Source: Octopus sinensis (lineage: Eukaryota). Taken from it: DNA of 64,000 nt. The notes below the pieces were generated by a model. It had not been told where the DNA came from, ran no database searches, and was given only the letters and a program-made list of their open reading frames with translations. Position numbers and translations under genes: made by a program. This document shows positions 37,492 through 50,729 of the stretch, piece by piece. Within the stretch, counting starts at the first letter, position 1, and each line of letters opens with the position of its first letter. The stretch is taken from NCBI RefSeq assembly GCF_006345805.1, contig NC_043011.1:23386464-23450463 (forward strand). Reading direction: 5' to 3'.

Positions 37492-38097
37492 TAAATATGA
37501 TGGTTGTTCACCAGTGACCTAGGAAGACCATCACTGACCATTGTCCATGCAAAACGTCAGTAATGCCCGTGCATAAGATGATTGCACCTGCGATCATCTT
37601 CACCCGGGTTCGCACCCGCGGCTTTCATACTCGCCGCGACACCTGCATATTCAACTGGACATCTGAAAGTCGCCTCGCCAGCAATCGAGCAACCTAGGTC
37701 CAATAAGGCTTGCATAAAAACCTCACAGACCTTCTCCACCCTACTGATTCGATCCAGAGGCAAGCCAGAGCAAGATGTCCAGTGGAAATATGGGCCACAG
37801 GCTCAGCACGAGAAGAAGCACTCGCAAAATGTCCAGTGCCATTCCCTGCATATCTGTTTTTATATCGGAGTGACCTTCTCCTAGAGACACACTTTAACGA
37901 AAGCTGAAGAGTACCTCATTTCCAGTGGTCTTGCGGCACGCTGGACACCTACCCAGAATATCTGAGGACCCGTGCTATTGCTAGATAGTCGTTGAACCTA
38001 TATTAGGTTCATCCGTCCTTTTGACAGAGATAAATTAGAACTGATATTCTTTGCTGCAATATTTTATGTAAAAAGTTTCTTGTTCTTTACTTTACTT

Positions 38098-38400
38098 ATT
38101 TACCACTTTATTCTTTTAATCTATTCTATAACTTACTTCAAAGGTTCGATTTGTAACATTTTTGATGACATTTTCTTTTTCTTGTCTTTTTCTGTTCTTT
38201 CGAATAAACCCGAGGAACTACATGAAATTCCATCCTTTTCCACAATATCCTTATCCAATACTAAGTTAATTTTTGGCAATAGCTTGTCCTATACTTTTAC
38301 AGGTGTAATAAATTGTCTTGTCCACAATATCCTTATCCAATACTGAGTTAATTTTTTACAATAGCTTGTCCTATACTTTTACAGGTGTAACAACTTGTCC
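38098..38400. repeat. Segment repeated at ~40176-40381, with an internal ~80-bp tandem duplication
   Basis: aggttcgatttgtaacatttttgatgacattttctttttcttgtc and ccacaatatccttatccaatactaagttaatttttggcaat occur at both sites. Confidence 0.75.
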
Positions 38401-38535
38401 AGGTTTATAATCTTAAGAATATGACTTTCATTGCTCGAATTTTTCCATGTAATAACATTATTTTGTCTCGAGGAATATTTCTAACACGATTGTGTCTGTT
38501 TATTTTAGAGATGTCTGTGTATACGCGCGCACACA

Positions 38536-38580
<45 letters not shown>

Positions 38581-38991
38581 ATGCAAACACACACACACAC
38601 GGGTACACACATGCACACTTACATACACACTACACACACAAACACACACATACACACACACACATACATAAACACACGCACGTTTTGTATTTGCTTTGCA
38701 AAGGTTCATGATGTGAAATTGTGTGTTGAAAGAGTTGCTGTGCTTTGAGTGGATCATTCTGCAAAAGCAAAGTAAAAGAAGGAAAAAACAAGCAGGTTCA
38801 TGTTGTATATTTCAATTCTCATTAATATTGTCGTCGCTCAGAAAATTAACCAATCAATTGTTTGCTCAATAAATCATTTGGTTCATCAGACTCCTTTTGT
38901 CACAGTCTTCAACATTATCAACAACTGACTCGCATCAGCTCTTCTGTTGCAAACTGATTTGCCAGTATTTTCCTCAATATTTATTGTGAAG

Positions 38992-39246
38992 GTGGAGGCG
39001 CGTGGCTTAGTGGTTAGGGTGTCGGCATCATGATCGTAAAAGATTGTGGTTTCGATTCCTGGACCGGGCGACGCGTTGTGTTCTTGAGCAAAACACTTCA
39101 TTTCACGTGGCTCCAGTCCACTCAACTGATAAAAAATGAGTAACGCTGCGATGGACTGGCGTCCTATCCAGCTGGGGAATACATACGCCACAGAAACCGG
39201 GAAACCGGGCCCATGAGCCTGGCTAGGCTTTGAAAAGGGCGCATTT
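38992..39246 (+). mobile_element. tRNA-derived SINE (same family as 12616) with a 13-bp TSD
   Basis: TSD atttattgtgaag at 38979-38991 and 39247-39259. Confidence 0.85.
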
Positions 39247-39266
39247 ATTTATTGTGAAGCTTTTGG

Positions 39267-39310
<44 letters not shown>

Positions 39311-39403
39311 GCGCGCGTGTGTGTGTGTGCAGTTTTATTTAATGCTTCTTTTTTTAATTTGCGTGGTCAGTGTCCGCGTGTATGCAGTTTGAGTGCATGT
39401 GTA

Positions 39404-39925
39404 CCGTAAATCCTCGAGTATAGTCCGCCCTTGAGTATAATACGCAGGGGATTTTTAGGGGGCTGTACCTCTGAAAAACCTAAACCTTGAGTATAATACG
39501 CACCCCTCCCTAACTTGAGTGGTGCGTAATTAAGCCAGCAGCACCTACTCGATCAAACACTTCCGCGCATGCGTAATACAATAATGGTGATGTTCTTAAC
39601 TGTTATATGGGAATGTAAATATGTTTGCAAATTGTTTTTGTCACATGTTATTCTGTGTTCTGAATACTTTTATTTTAATAAATGTTGTTTACTGCAAGTT
39701 ATGGATGATTATTTTATGACTTCATTGCTTTGAGGCTTAGCTTAAGGTATTTTCGCGCCCGACATCACAAAATGCGCCTGAATAAACATTGCCGAACAGC
39801 AAATAGAGACTCGGGCATTGCTTGGAAAATATTTTTCATTTTTAACCTCGTATATAGTACATACTAGGGATTTTGACCTTTAAATTTTAGGGGAAAAAAT
39901 GCGGATTATACTCGAGGATTTACGG
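39404..39925. mobile_element. Tc1/mariner(pogo)-type MITE, 522 bp
   Basis: 25-bp TIR CCGTAAATCCTCGAGTATA(G/A)TCCGC with TA on both sides; non-coding. Confidence 0.9.
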
Positions 39926-40922
39926 TAAGTACCTAGGTACTCCACCAACATGCAAACGAGTATCTTTGGATTAATTTTCCATACTTTAAAACTGTTGGAC
40001 TGTCTTACTTACTTGTGACGGAATGGATTTGCTTGATTTCAGTTACTTTAAGTTTCACCTCGTTTAATACGTTCTTGATTTTATGAGTTAGTTCGCCTTT
40101 GTAACATAACAAACCATAGTAACATAACAAACCATAACTCCTTTGAATTTCTCGTTATTATACCATGAGTCTTATTAACCACTTTATTCTTTTAATCTAT
40201 TCCATAACTTGCTTCAATGCATAGGGGAGGTTCGATTTGTAACATTTTTGATGACATTTTCTTTTTCTTGTCTTTTACGTACACTCTGATTCTGTTCTTC
40301 CGAATATACCTGAGGAACTACATGAAAATTCCATCCTTTTCCACAATATCCTTATCCAATACTAAGTTAATTTTTGGCAATTTGATCCAGTGGGACTTCC
40401 GTTGCTAACTCATCAACTAAGACTCGATAAGACATATTTTTCCGTGAATCATGTATGGTTTTCACTATAGGTTTTAGCGCATTTCCAAACATCTTCAAGT
40501 TTTTATTCATTTCTGCAGGTGAGGGTTTTCATGGTTGTTGCAGCTGTTCCCTTAGTTGTTACAACACCAACAGTTCCTTTTCCTAGATATATTTGTCGTT
40601 GATACTTATGTTTGACAATTAAAAGGTTAAAACTACATATAGCATTCAATAATGCACTGCTATCGGTACATATTTTAATATTCGGATTACAGTGATCATT
40701 TCTCAAGTCAAACAACAATATCGTTACGATACGATGTATTTACTCTACCACGAGTTTCACTACTTCATATCCACAAGACTACCTTATTACATTTAAATAT
40801 ATAAATTCTTTGCAAGGCTTATTCTTCAATGAAAGCATATTGTTTGGGTCAGGTCTCGAGAAAGTTGTCAAGGTTCTGAATAGTCCCCAAAGTGTAATGA
40901 AATGGTTTGATATGTGTTACTG

Positions 40923-41292
40923 CATCATCATCATCATCATCATCATCATCGTTTAGCGTCCGCTTTCCATGGTGGCATGGGTTGGACGGTTCAATTGGCG
41001 TCTGGGAAGCCAGAAGGCTGCACCAGGCCCAGTCTGATCTGGCAATGTTTCTACGGCTGGATGCCCTTCCTAACGCCAATCACTCCATGAGTGTAGTGGG
41101 TGCTTTTTACATGCCACCGGCACAGGTTCCAGACGAGGCTGGCAAACGGCCACGATGGGATGGTGCTTCTTACGTGCCATCGGCACGGAGGCCAGGCCAG
41201 GCTGGCAACGGCCACGATCGGATGGTGCTTTTTACGTCCCACTGGCACGGAGGCAGTCGGGGCGGCGCTGGCAATGGCCACGTTCGGATCTT
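40923..41292 (-). mobile_element. RTE-associated 3' UTR/tail fragment
   Basis: (CAT)n plus tccgctttccatg and ~60-bp gtgccaccggcac units, homologous to 8480-8886. Confidence 0.8.
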
Positions 41293-41294
41293 AG

Positions 41295-42200
41295 TAAGAT
41301 TTAAGTCGTGTCCAAACATCACATTATTTTCGTTGTCAAACTTGTAATGAACTCGGCCCATACTTTCTGCGCCATGAAAACATTTTCCAGCAATTTTATC
41401 ACCAACTTTCCAAGAATATTTTTGACAAATTCATAGAGAACAGTTTCTTTGACAGATTTCTCTTCTAGTGATGAATATGAGGTGTATTGTGACTCGCTGC
41501 ACTCAGTTGACCTCATTAACTAGAATTATGGCCCAACTACACTGCCATAAAAGCAAAGGCCAGCTACGAGAAATAAGAGGTATTAACACCTACGTAAATA
41601 TGAATCAACTAATCAGATGACTGGTGTGTAACCAAACAAGTGGTAGGCTTGGAAATATGTTTTGTAATTTTGCCGAAGGTATAAAAGCTCTGAAACTATC
41701 TCATTTAATATCAGAACCTTCACCTTAAGTAACTGCGTGACCTCGCTGGATTGTTTTGTTGCGCAGTGAAACAACAAAATTTCAATAATGATTTTCTCGG
41801 TTCTGCGCTAGTTGCTGCTTTTACACAATATTCATTTGACCTAATATCGACATTTTGTACTTTTTGCATTCGCTCGCTACTCTTTTCATTTCACTATAGC
41901 CTGCTCATGATGACAAACACTTCTCACATGCTTTAACTACTGGTTTGATTTACCCAGTTCTCAAAAGAAACAAAAATGTTACTATGCATGAACAAAGGCA
42001 ACAAATAGCTTGATACCTATCAGTATCATAAACAAACCAAGAATAAAAATTCAGCCATTCAGTAGACTCCTTACCAATTATGAAATCAAAATCGATTGTT
42101 TTGATTCAGATCAAAAGATAACAACTTTTCAGGGACAGCAGAACTTGTGGAGATTTATCGGTCACATTCACTTCATCGTCAGCTTCGTCATTTGAAATAT
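41295..42200 (-). mobile_element. hAT-type transposase relic (TTF zinc-finger/ZMYM1-like group)
   Basis: WLNFYSWFVYDTDRYQAICCLC resembles the TTF finger; DKIAGKCFHGAESM resembles GQCYDGASNM. Confidence 0.5.
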
Positions 42201-44129
42201 TTTCGAATCCAGGGAAGAAAAAGGGACAGAACCGAAAGAAAAAGCGGGATACCACAAGACTGTGACAGAGCTTCTTCGTGACGGCACCTAGAATATTGTC
42301 TTATTCATCAACACTAAAAATACTGAAAATACATCTAAAGATAATGTGTAAGATGGTCTCATATTGTACGTCATATATTGTAAATATATGACTGGTTTAA
42401 ACTCTTTGTTTCATTGTCTTATTTTACTTAAGAAATTGAATAAAAGATTAGATTTTTTTTCACATATGTGTACTACCATCATATATAAATTGTGAGCAAG
42501 TCATGTATTATTAGTTAATAACTGATATAAAATGCTTTTTGCTTTGCTTTAATTGTTTATCGTAAGACTTTTTTCCAGCGATTATTTTTTCCCAGTTAAA
42601 AATGCGATGTTTTTCTGTGACGTTTTCCCCGGTCACCATATTTTCAGATTTGATGTAGCCACGACTTTTTTTTTTTTTTTCGTGATATTCTGATCATAGC
42701 TGTCATCAACGCCTTTCTCAGCGAAAGTTTAGGAAGTTGTATAGATTAAAGACATCGTTTTTGTCATTATCACTTTTATCATCCTCTGGTCAAACTGTAA
42801 ATCACAGTTTGACCAGTATGAACAACATTAACGCGTATAGCGCTGATCGACATTATCAAAAAATAGTTTCCGGATCTTTTGTTTGACTGTAACTTTTCAG
42901 TTTCTTCAATTTCTATTCCAATTGATTTCATATTAGGTGTAATGATGTAGTTTTGTATACCAATCATTGACATAAAAATTCGTTTTCGCCATAAATCAAT
43001 AAATAAAGAGTTGATAGCTTTTAAAGTTTGCAAATCTGGAATAATTTTAGTCAATCGTAAGCTACAGACACATTCATGTTTCCATAGTAACAAGCCAAGC
43101 AGTTTACTCACGCGGTCAGCTTTCGTTTATTATATGGTGGTTATGAGATGTGCTAAAAATAATAGATAATTAGGCCTTAAATCACGCAAAAAAATTATTT
43201 TCGCATAATCATATGAATTCCCGTGTGTAGAATACAAATTCGCGAAAATTTTCTGAAAACTCCTTAAAAATAATGAAGTTATGAGGGGTTATATGGCGTG
43301 CGTAAAGCACAATTCCGCCAATATTTCATTTGCTTACAGTTGACAACACGTGTTGTCAGCACAAAAGGACAACTTCCAAATCCTGTTTTTTGACTGGATA
43401 AAAATGATCAAACTTTAAGTCTCTGTAATTAAAAAAAAAAAACTTTCTGTAAAAAGTTCAACATCTCCCGAGATTCAGTGTGGAAAATTACATCAATACA
43501 TCAAATTTTAAAATTTTCACTAAACTTTGAAATTTCTACAGGTGCAACCAAACAGAAAAGATTCTAGTTTCCAGTGTGATCGTATTCAGCTTTCCATCGC
43601 CAGAGCTCGTATAAACATTGTTACATCAGACTAAGTATGTAAAAATTGAAAGGCTCTGCAATTTTCTGTAATGAACGAAATTGAGAATAGGAGTAATTGA
43701 AGCATGAGGTAGATTCCTCTGCTCTTGCAAAGATAATTAAATAACTAAATAAATAAATAAATAATTAATAAATAAATAATTGTTATTGATTTAAGTAACA
43801 ATACCAGCAATTTTGGTGAAAAGGGGTTAGTTAATTACATCAACTTTAGTACTTGATTGGTACTTTATTTTATCGACCCTAAAAGGATGAAAAATAACGT
43901 TAACCATTATGAGATGCAGAATCAAAATATAAAGAGTTGGAAAATATACTGTGAAACATGTATTCTCACGTTCCAATAACTCTATCACTTGAAAACAAAT
44001 TTCTGAAAATTGCATTCAAAGCATTTCCGTTGGCTTTTAACTGACAATTAATTTGCCATCGTTATTTTTGCTAATCGTTATTGTTTTCTCGGTGTGAGCT
44101 AGTGGTGCTTATGGAAGTGACTCCCATCA

Positions 44130-45350
44130 TGTGGATCCGGAAGACCACAAGGATATACTGGAATTGTATCATATTGGGAGTAGAGAGGATATCGGTGCAA
44201 GACAAAGGCTTGGTTGCTACAAGTATGGTAGCAAAGACCCTCTACTGAGAAGAGGAAAAGCTAAAAGTAGTAGGAACAGTAAAAACAGCAAGCAGCAGTC
44301 CCAGTCACAACCAGTTACAACTGGTTTCATTGTCACAACCAGTTACAACTCCAAGGATAACCAGAGCAGAAGAAACAAATGGAATTGCTTCATCTTCAGT
44401 GCCCCCAGCTCCAGGGGCCAATGAACTAGAGAACATCAGGGCTGAGAGGGGATCCCATGAAGAACTGGCTAATGGAAAGAGCCACACACTTCCAAGAAAT
44501 AGCGGGTGATATATGCTTTGTCATTTACACAAGGTGGTGTGAAAGAGAGGAGGGGGAAATTCCTCTCAAGAGCTCCTTGCAGAAGTGATGTATTTACTCT
44601 CATTCTGGTGAGTGTCAAAGGTGAAGGAATTTAAATATTTTGCCTGGACTAAATGGCTGGTGGTGTATGTTTTTCAAAATGAAGAGAACTCACTCCTTAT
44701 GAGAAAATATTGTCAAGAAAACTAGTCAATTGGCATTGAAGTTCTGATTCAAGCAAAACTGAAAAACCAGGATATTCACCAACCAGATAGCCCTCCACCC
44801 ACCCACCAAATTGCACCTAACTTCATATTATAGTGGAAAGTAGAAGACCAAGGTTCCACACAACCGGTAGTACTGATCATCTGAAAGCTTCTAACAACAA
44901 TAAAAGCCAAGTCTACAAGGATCTACAGCGTTGTTGACACCACAGACACAATATTAAGAACAATTAACAAGTGCAGCAGAAGTAATATCAGCAGCCACTC
45001 AAGCTGAATTTTCTAAGATACTGGAGAGGAGTATTAATGAGTTTGACAGTTGAGCAGTGTCCTTCTCAGAACAACAGAAAGAAAAGAAGAGATGACATAT
45101 AGAATCAACAAAACTTTTTGATCATCCTCATCTGACTTCTTCAGCTCCTCAAAATACTCGTCTAATAATGAAGAGAAAGAAGAGGATGACTCCACCATGG
45201 TAAACTGTAGTTGTGAATAAAGGAAACAGAAGGAAAAGCCAGGGACTATTGTCCAACAACAACAGCAACAAAACAAACCAGCAAAATCAATGAGCAGCTA
45301 CCAGAGAACACACAAACCACTGACGTGCTTGACTCAGCAGCCAAACTCCT
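44130..45350 (+). mobile_element. Degenerate Tx1/L1-type ORF1-like relics
   Basis: VESRRPRFHTTGSTDHLKA (~44835) and RQRLGCYKYGSKDPLL resemble the VEGRRPRCxxCGxxxH knuckle of the 34197 ORF1. Confidence 0.45.
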
Positions 45351-46438
45351 TCAAAGTTTATGCAAATAAGTTTGCTCTGTCAGTGCTGTCAATCTGCTTT
45401 AAACGATGACAAAGATAATGGTTTAGTTCTCCTTTATTCATCTATCCTTCTCGATTCTGTATCTTTTTTATATCTGATAAATCCAATAATCTGAAGTGGA
45501 AATATGATTGCTCTAGTTTGATATATCAATCGCTTTGATGTTTTGAATCTTTCTTAATTGTATCAGTTTCACACGAGTGACTACAGTTAGGTCAATGAGG
45601 TATTCTTGGTGGATTTCAGAAAGTTTTTCTAATTTCATTATTTATGGGTCCTTAAGCAGTTAATGATTTTTTTCAGGTCGTCTTTTGTATCATGATTTGC
45701 TTAATTTTTGCTTACCTAAGCATTACAAGTAATTGAAAAGGGAAGATACGTGGGTATACGTTTTATATGTAAAATATGATATAAACATATACAGAAACCA
45801 TGAGAAAATGCAAACAAAAAAAAAGGAAAATTGGGCCAATACAAAAACAAGTTGCTGATTCCTGGGTTATATAGTGCACTTCTGAAGTAGCTGGTCCTAT
45901 ATAAGATGCAGTGCCAGTTTAATATGCAGTCTACTTTGCCCTTTACACTTTAGTGCATGGTCTACTTTACCCTGTCATTTACACATCAGCATACTGTCTA
46001 ACCCTAACTCTAACCTAGATCAAGTCATTTCACAGTGTAGTCTATGGACATTGCAGTAGACCATACACTAAAGAAGTACCTAAGACACATATCTGACTAA
46101 CCACTTATTTATTATTTTATAACTCAATCTTTCCTACCAAGAATGTCAATTTTTTTTGCAAGCCCACATCCCCTTCTCGAGTATTTTCTGCTGATGTTGA
46201 TTCTTTGTTGCCTTAGTTGAACATAAACTTCATCAGTGTTACCAGATTTTGAAAGCTTGTGAGTGAAGACCATGAGCATTGCCATTTTCTTTCTGTGTTA
46301 TCGACACCCATTTGAATCCAATGGAACCATTTATGATAGCCATTTTATAGCGGAAATATAATATTAGACTGCTGCTATTCCGACTGATGAATGGAGCATT
46401 TTCTCTCTGGACACAAGGTTAGCACCTCAGCTACATAC

Positions 46439-46469
<31 letters not shown>

Positions 46470-46497
46470 TGTATGTATGTATGTATGCATGCATGCA

Positions 46498-46530
<33 letters not shown>

Positions 46531-46868
46531 ATGTATGTATGTATGTATGTATGTATGTATGTATGTATGTATGTATGTATGTTTGTATGTATGTATTATG
46601 TATGTATGTGTGTGTGTGTGTATTGATAGATAGATAGATTTATGTGTGTATATATATATATATTATATATATATATAACGTTATATAATTAGGGCTCAGT
46701 AAAATAATTTACTTTACCACATACTGAAACTTTTAGAAATAGCAGCCAAAAAGTTTTTTTAGCCATTTCTTCTACTATAAGAAAAGTCTCCCAGATAGTG
46801 TTTACTCAAAAATAATTCACGTAGATATGGAGGGAAAAACAGCAAAATATCACATGTACAAAGCTCAT

Positions 46869-46931
46869 TTGAGAACGTTAACGTTTCTAGATTAGTCGAA
46901 TTAAAACTCGACATTTCTTTCGTCAGCTCAA
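46869..46931 (-). ncRNA. Type I hammerhead, canonical core, with a 10-nt palindromic stem III
   Basis: Minus strand: ttgag-CTGACGA-a-aga...gtcgag-ttttaa-ttcgac...tct-a-GAAA-cgttaacg-TT-ctcaa; 5-bp stem I; GUU site. Confidence 0.7.
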
Positions 46932-47821
46932 CATTTCTTAATTTGGATTTGAAAGCACTAAAAATTGAACATACCCTTCTGATATGAGTAACCTCAGACA
47001 AATCCTCTCCAAACTGCCAGTGCCAGCAAATTCAAAAAGTACGAGTGAAGATTCGTATTCTTCCCGCTTCCATCCACGTGAGTTATAGAGTAAACAGATT
47101 ATAACGGTGAGAACCGCAGTAAAGAACAGGGAGAAAGGAATTGTATTATCAATAATAAAAGGGTAAAATCAATTAATTATTAATTAATTTCACCAAGTAG
47201 TGTTCAGTATGTAAAAGGGGGACAAGAACGCAAAACATCCAGACAGTTAGGTGATACAAAAAAGGGACAACAAAACATCCAGACAGACGATACAAAGAAA
47301 ACAAGGACGAGTCATTCGGAGTTTTCTATCCTCAGTCGAGTTCCAGATTATCTTTGCAATTTCAGCTGGTTATACTCGAGATGCTCCAATCTGGCCAACC
47401 CCAAGGAAAATTTAAGCTAAGAGCACTAGATTCTTTGGAAGAAAGCAGCGAATGTATACGAAAACAAGGACAAAAAAAAAACGGAGAAATGTTACACAAA
47501 TACAAATGCAAATAACAGGACATAACAACAGGTGTCTTTCGACTAAGGACAAATTAAATTAAGCTGGTGTGTGTGGAAGTAAAGCCTTACGGCAGGGACA
47601 TAAGATTTGACAGGCACAGGGAGAAATATAGATGTTGCACGGATGGTAGTCGAACCAAGAAAGAAAGGCCAGGCTTGGCCGAACACCGGTCACGTGGGGA
47701 GATGGGGAGAGAGAAGAGAGAGAGGTAGGGGAAGAGGGATAGAAGAATTAAGGAGAAGCGAGAAAAAATGAAAAGGACACAGTGAAGTGAAATAGGAGGG
47801 AAAGTGAGCATGAAGAGAAAA

Positions 47822-48113
47822 CCAGTGGTTAGGGCAGCGGACTCGCGGTCGTAGGATCGCGGTTTCGATTCCCAGACCGGGCGTTGTGTGTGTTTATTGA
47901 GGGAAAAAACACCTAAAAGCCCCACGACGCTCCGGCAGGTGGGGGTGATCCCTGCTGTACTCTTTCACCACTCTTTCTCTCACTCTTTCCTCTGTTGGCC
48001 TGCTCGCTTAGCCAGCGGGGTGACGTCGTTCGAAGGCTAAAACAATGCGAACGTATTGTGACCAGCGATGTGTAGCAACATCTGATGGTCTGGTCGGTCA
48101 TCTGATCACGTGA
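47822..48113 (+). mobile_element. tRNA-derived SINE, third tail type
   Basis: Head as at 7981 and 28311; tail ...ggtctggtcggtca..cacgtga then (TA)n. Confidence 0.8.
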
Positions 48114-48900
48114 TATATATATAGTGTCTGGAGAGTGTCATTCACTTTCAGTGCCTTATTACTTAATACACCCACCGGTTCGAATTCCACTCATTTACTT
48201 ATTTATTGTTTTCTAAAATTTTCGCTGCATCTTGACTCTGGACTCTCTTGTTTTACAAAAACTAAATGTGTGGAAATCGATGTGTTTCATCTTATCAAAT
48301 ATCAGTAAAAATTTATAAAACAACCTATCTTCTGTCTGTAGGGTCAAGGGCATGTATGGAGATTTTTCGTTGAAGTCTCCATTAAGTATAGTTTGGTATA
48401 GAGTTCAAAGTGTTAGAGAGTGAGGAAAGAGGTGTCTATCGTCTAAAAGAAATCTTTGTGTGTGGCTTTGTGTTTAGCCAAGTGAGTGGCTAAAAAGCAT
48501 TCATTGAATGGGTTTTATGCCCATGTGTGTGTGTGTGTGTGTGTTGTGCGCGCGCGCGTATAGTGTGAATGTCCTATCAATATGTTTGGGAAGTGACTAG
48601 CTGTGAGTTCATGGGTGTGTATGTTGTGAAGAATGTCTTGTTGAAGAAAGAATAAGGATTTTTCTGTGTATTCTTTTGTATTCTTTTGAGTATCTCCAAC
48701 TGTGTGTATATGTGAGGTCACCAGTTTGCGTATGTGTGTGTGTGAGTGTGTGTGTGTGTGTGTGAGTGTGTATGTGAAGGTGTGTATGTGCGTGTGCATG
48801 CATGCATAAATGCGTGTGTTTGTGTGTGTACAGAGTTGTGTGTGTGCGTGTTTTAGTGATGTTTTCTATTGTATATTAGTGTGTGTTTCTGCGATGTTTT

Positions 48901-48955
<55 letters not shown>

Positions 48956-49165
48956 AGTGTATGTGTCGGTATGTTTGTGCGTGTACATGTGTATGTATGC
49001 GTGTGTTTGTGCGTGTACAGAGTTGTGTGTGTGTGTGTTTGTTTATGTGTGTGTGTGTGTTGTGTGTGTACAGAGTTGTGTGTGTGCGTGTTTTAGTGAT
49101 GTTTTCTATTGTATATTAGTGTGTGTTTTTGCGATGTTTTCTTTTTGTGTGTGTGTGTGTTTGTT

Positions 49166-49238
<73 letters not shown>

Positions 49239-50174
49239 GTATATTTGAATATTAGGAAAAAGATTTAGGAAATGAAAGAAAGTATTTTTCAAAATGATAA
49301 TAATATGTATAAAATTGTTTTAAGTGTTTGTTCTTATCTAAAAGAGACCGATATGATAAGTACTAGGCTTACAAAGAATAAGTCCTGGGGTCGATTTGCT
49401 CGACTAAAGGCGGTGCTCCAGCATGGCCACAGTCAAATGACTGAAACAAGAAAAAGAGTAAAAAGAGTATCTATTGGTTGTGGTCGGGTGTATATTTAAT
49501 TGTGGCTTATACTTGTTGATAAATTGCCTTTCTTTATTGAGTCTTTGTTGTTGTTTAAAGGAATCTGAGTACTTGTAGAGGGGAAGTTCATTCCTGCACA
49601 GGTTGCAATGTGACTGCTCGAAGGAATTTTCCGGATCTAGTTTTTTTCATTCGCAAAATAGGCATTTTTAGGAGACAGTAAAAAATCTGAAAATCGGCTA
49701 TAATAATATAGTTTTCCAGTCTCATTGCTGTCAAGGTATGATGTGGAGGGAAAAAATTGGAGGAAAAAGTTACAGAGGTTTAAAAATGGAAAAAAAAAAA
49801 ACTGCATATTTTTAGACAATAACAAGACAGAAATTTCCTGTGTTTAGCGGAGCGGTGTCAACTTTAAGGTTGTACCCTGCGAAATTTATAGTTTTGCGTC
49901 TGTGAAATGACCTCTTCATTGTAGGTTTCTAAATAAACAGAAATACCTAATAAAATCAACATGTATCATCTTACTGTTTATTGTAGGTTTTTATTATTAT
50001 TTTTTTAAAATTTGTTATATCAGTATATTTGTCTTCATGTGTTTACTTTATACGTATTTCAGCATTATGTATACCTGTCATGTATTTGTGTACATCATTA
50101 ATATATGAGTGCATGTGTGTGTGAAAAGGGGGCGTATGTCCCCAAATCTTCAAAGTTGAGTAACAGTTTCATGT

Positions 50175-50719
50175 GTAAACTACGATAAGAATAACACTGG
50201 TCAACAAAGAATTTGTTCCAAAAAAAAAAATACCTGCATCATATGCTTTTGCATACAAAATTCAAACCTAATTTCAAATTATCTGTACTAAGTTCACATA
50301 TTCCATTCACCTTCATAATGCCAAGAAACTTTTGCTATATATAAAAAATATGTAAAATATTAAGACAACGAAAAATATCTATAATAAAATTGTAATTGAT
50401 AAATATAAATTTTTTATTAAAACAAAATTCGCGGGTGAAGAAAATCTCCTGGTGTGAAGAATCAACACATGCGGGTGAAACACAACACAACGTGCGGTTG
50501 TCATGGTAACAATCTGTTAATGTCTCGCTGTCTGTTGATCGGCTAAAATTACCCAAAATTCCCAACTTTAATTCCTAATAACATCAGATTCTTTAATTTA
50601 CGAGATAAAGTGATTGGTTAATCGTAATTAAAATTCAGAGTTGCATCGATACACCAAAATTGAAAGCAATCTGAGCAAAATTAAGGGGGGCTCATTTTAC
50701 GAATGAAAAAGACTAGATC
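50175..50719 (-). repeat. Inverted homolog of 23327-24003
   Basis: Shares the terminus, the 14-bp motif (50497-50510) and the 42-bp identical block (50175-50216). Confidence 0.7.
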
Positions 50720-50729
50720 CAATTTTCTT

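Noticed and set aside
37557-37960. GC-richer short ORFs on both strands
   Set aside because: No recognisable domain; probably a retroelement relic, but I cannot assign it
40503-40718. KICTDSSALLNAI as an RNase H-like relic
   Set aside because: A single short motif without supporting flanking motifs; too weak to annotate
47300-47345. Hammerhead-like CTGAGGA...CGAAT on the minus strand
   Set aside because: GAAU instead of GAAA, and no consistent stem III, NUH site or stem I
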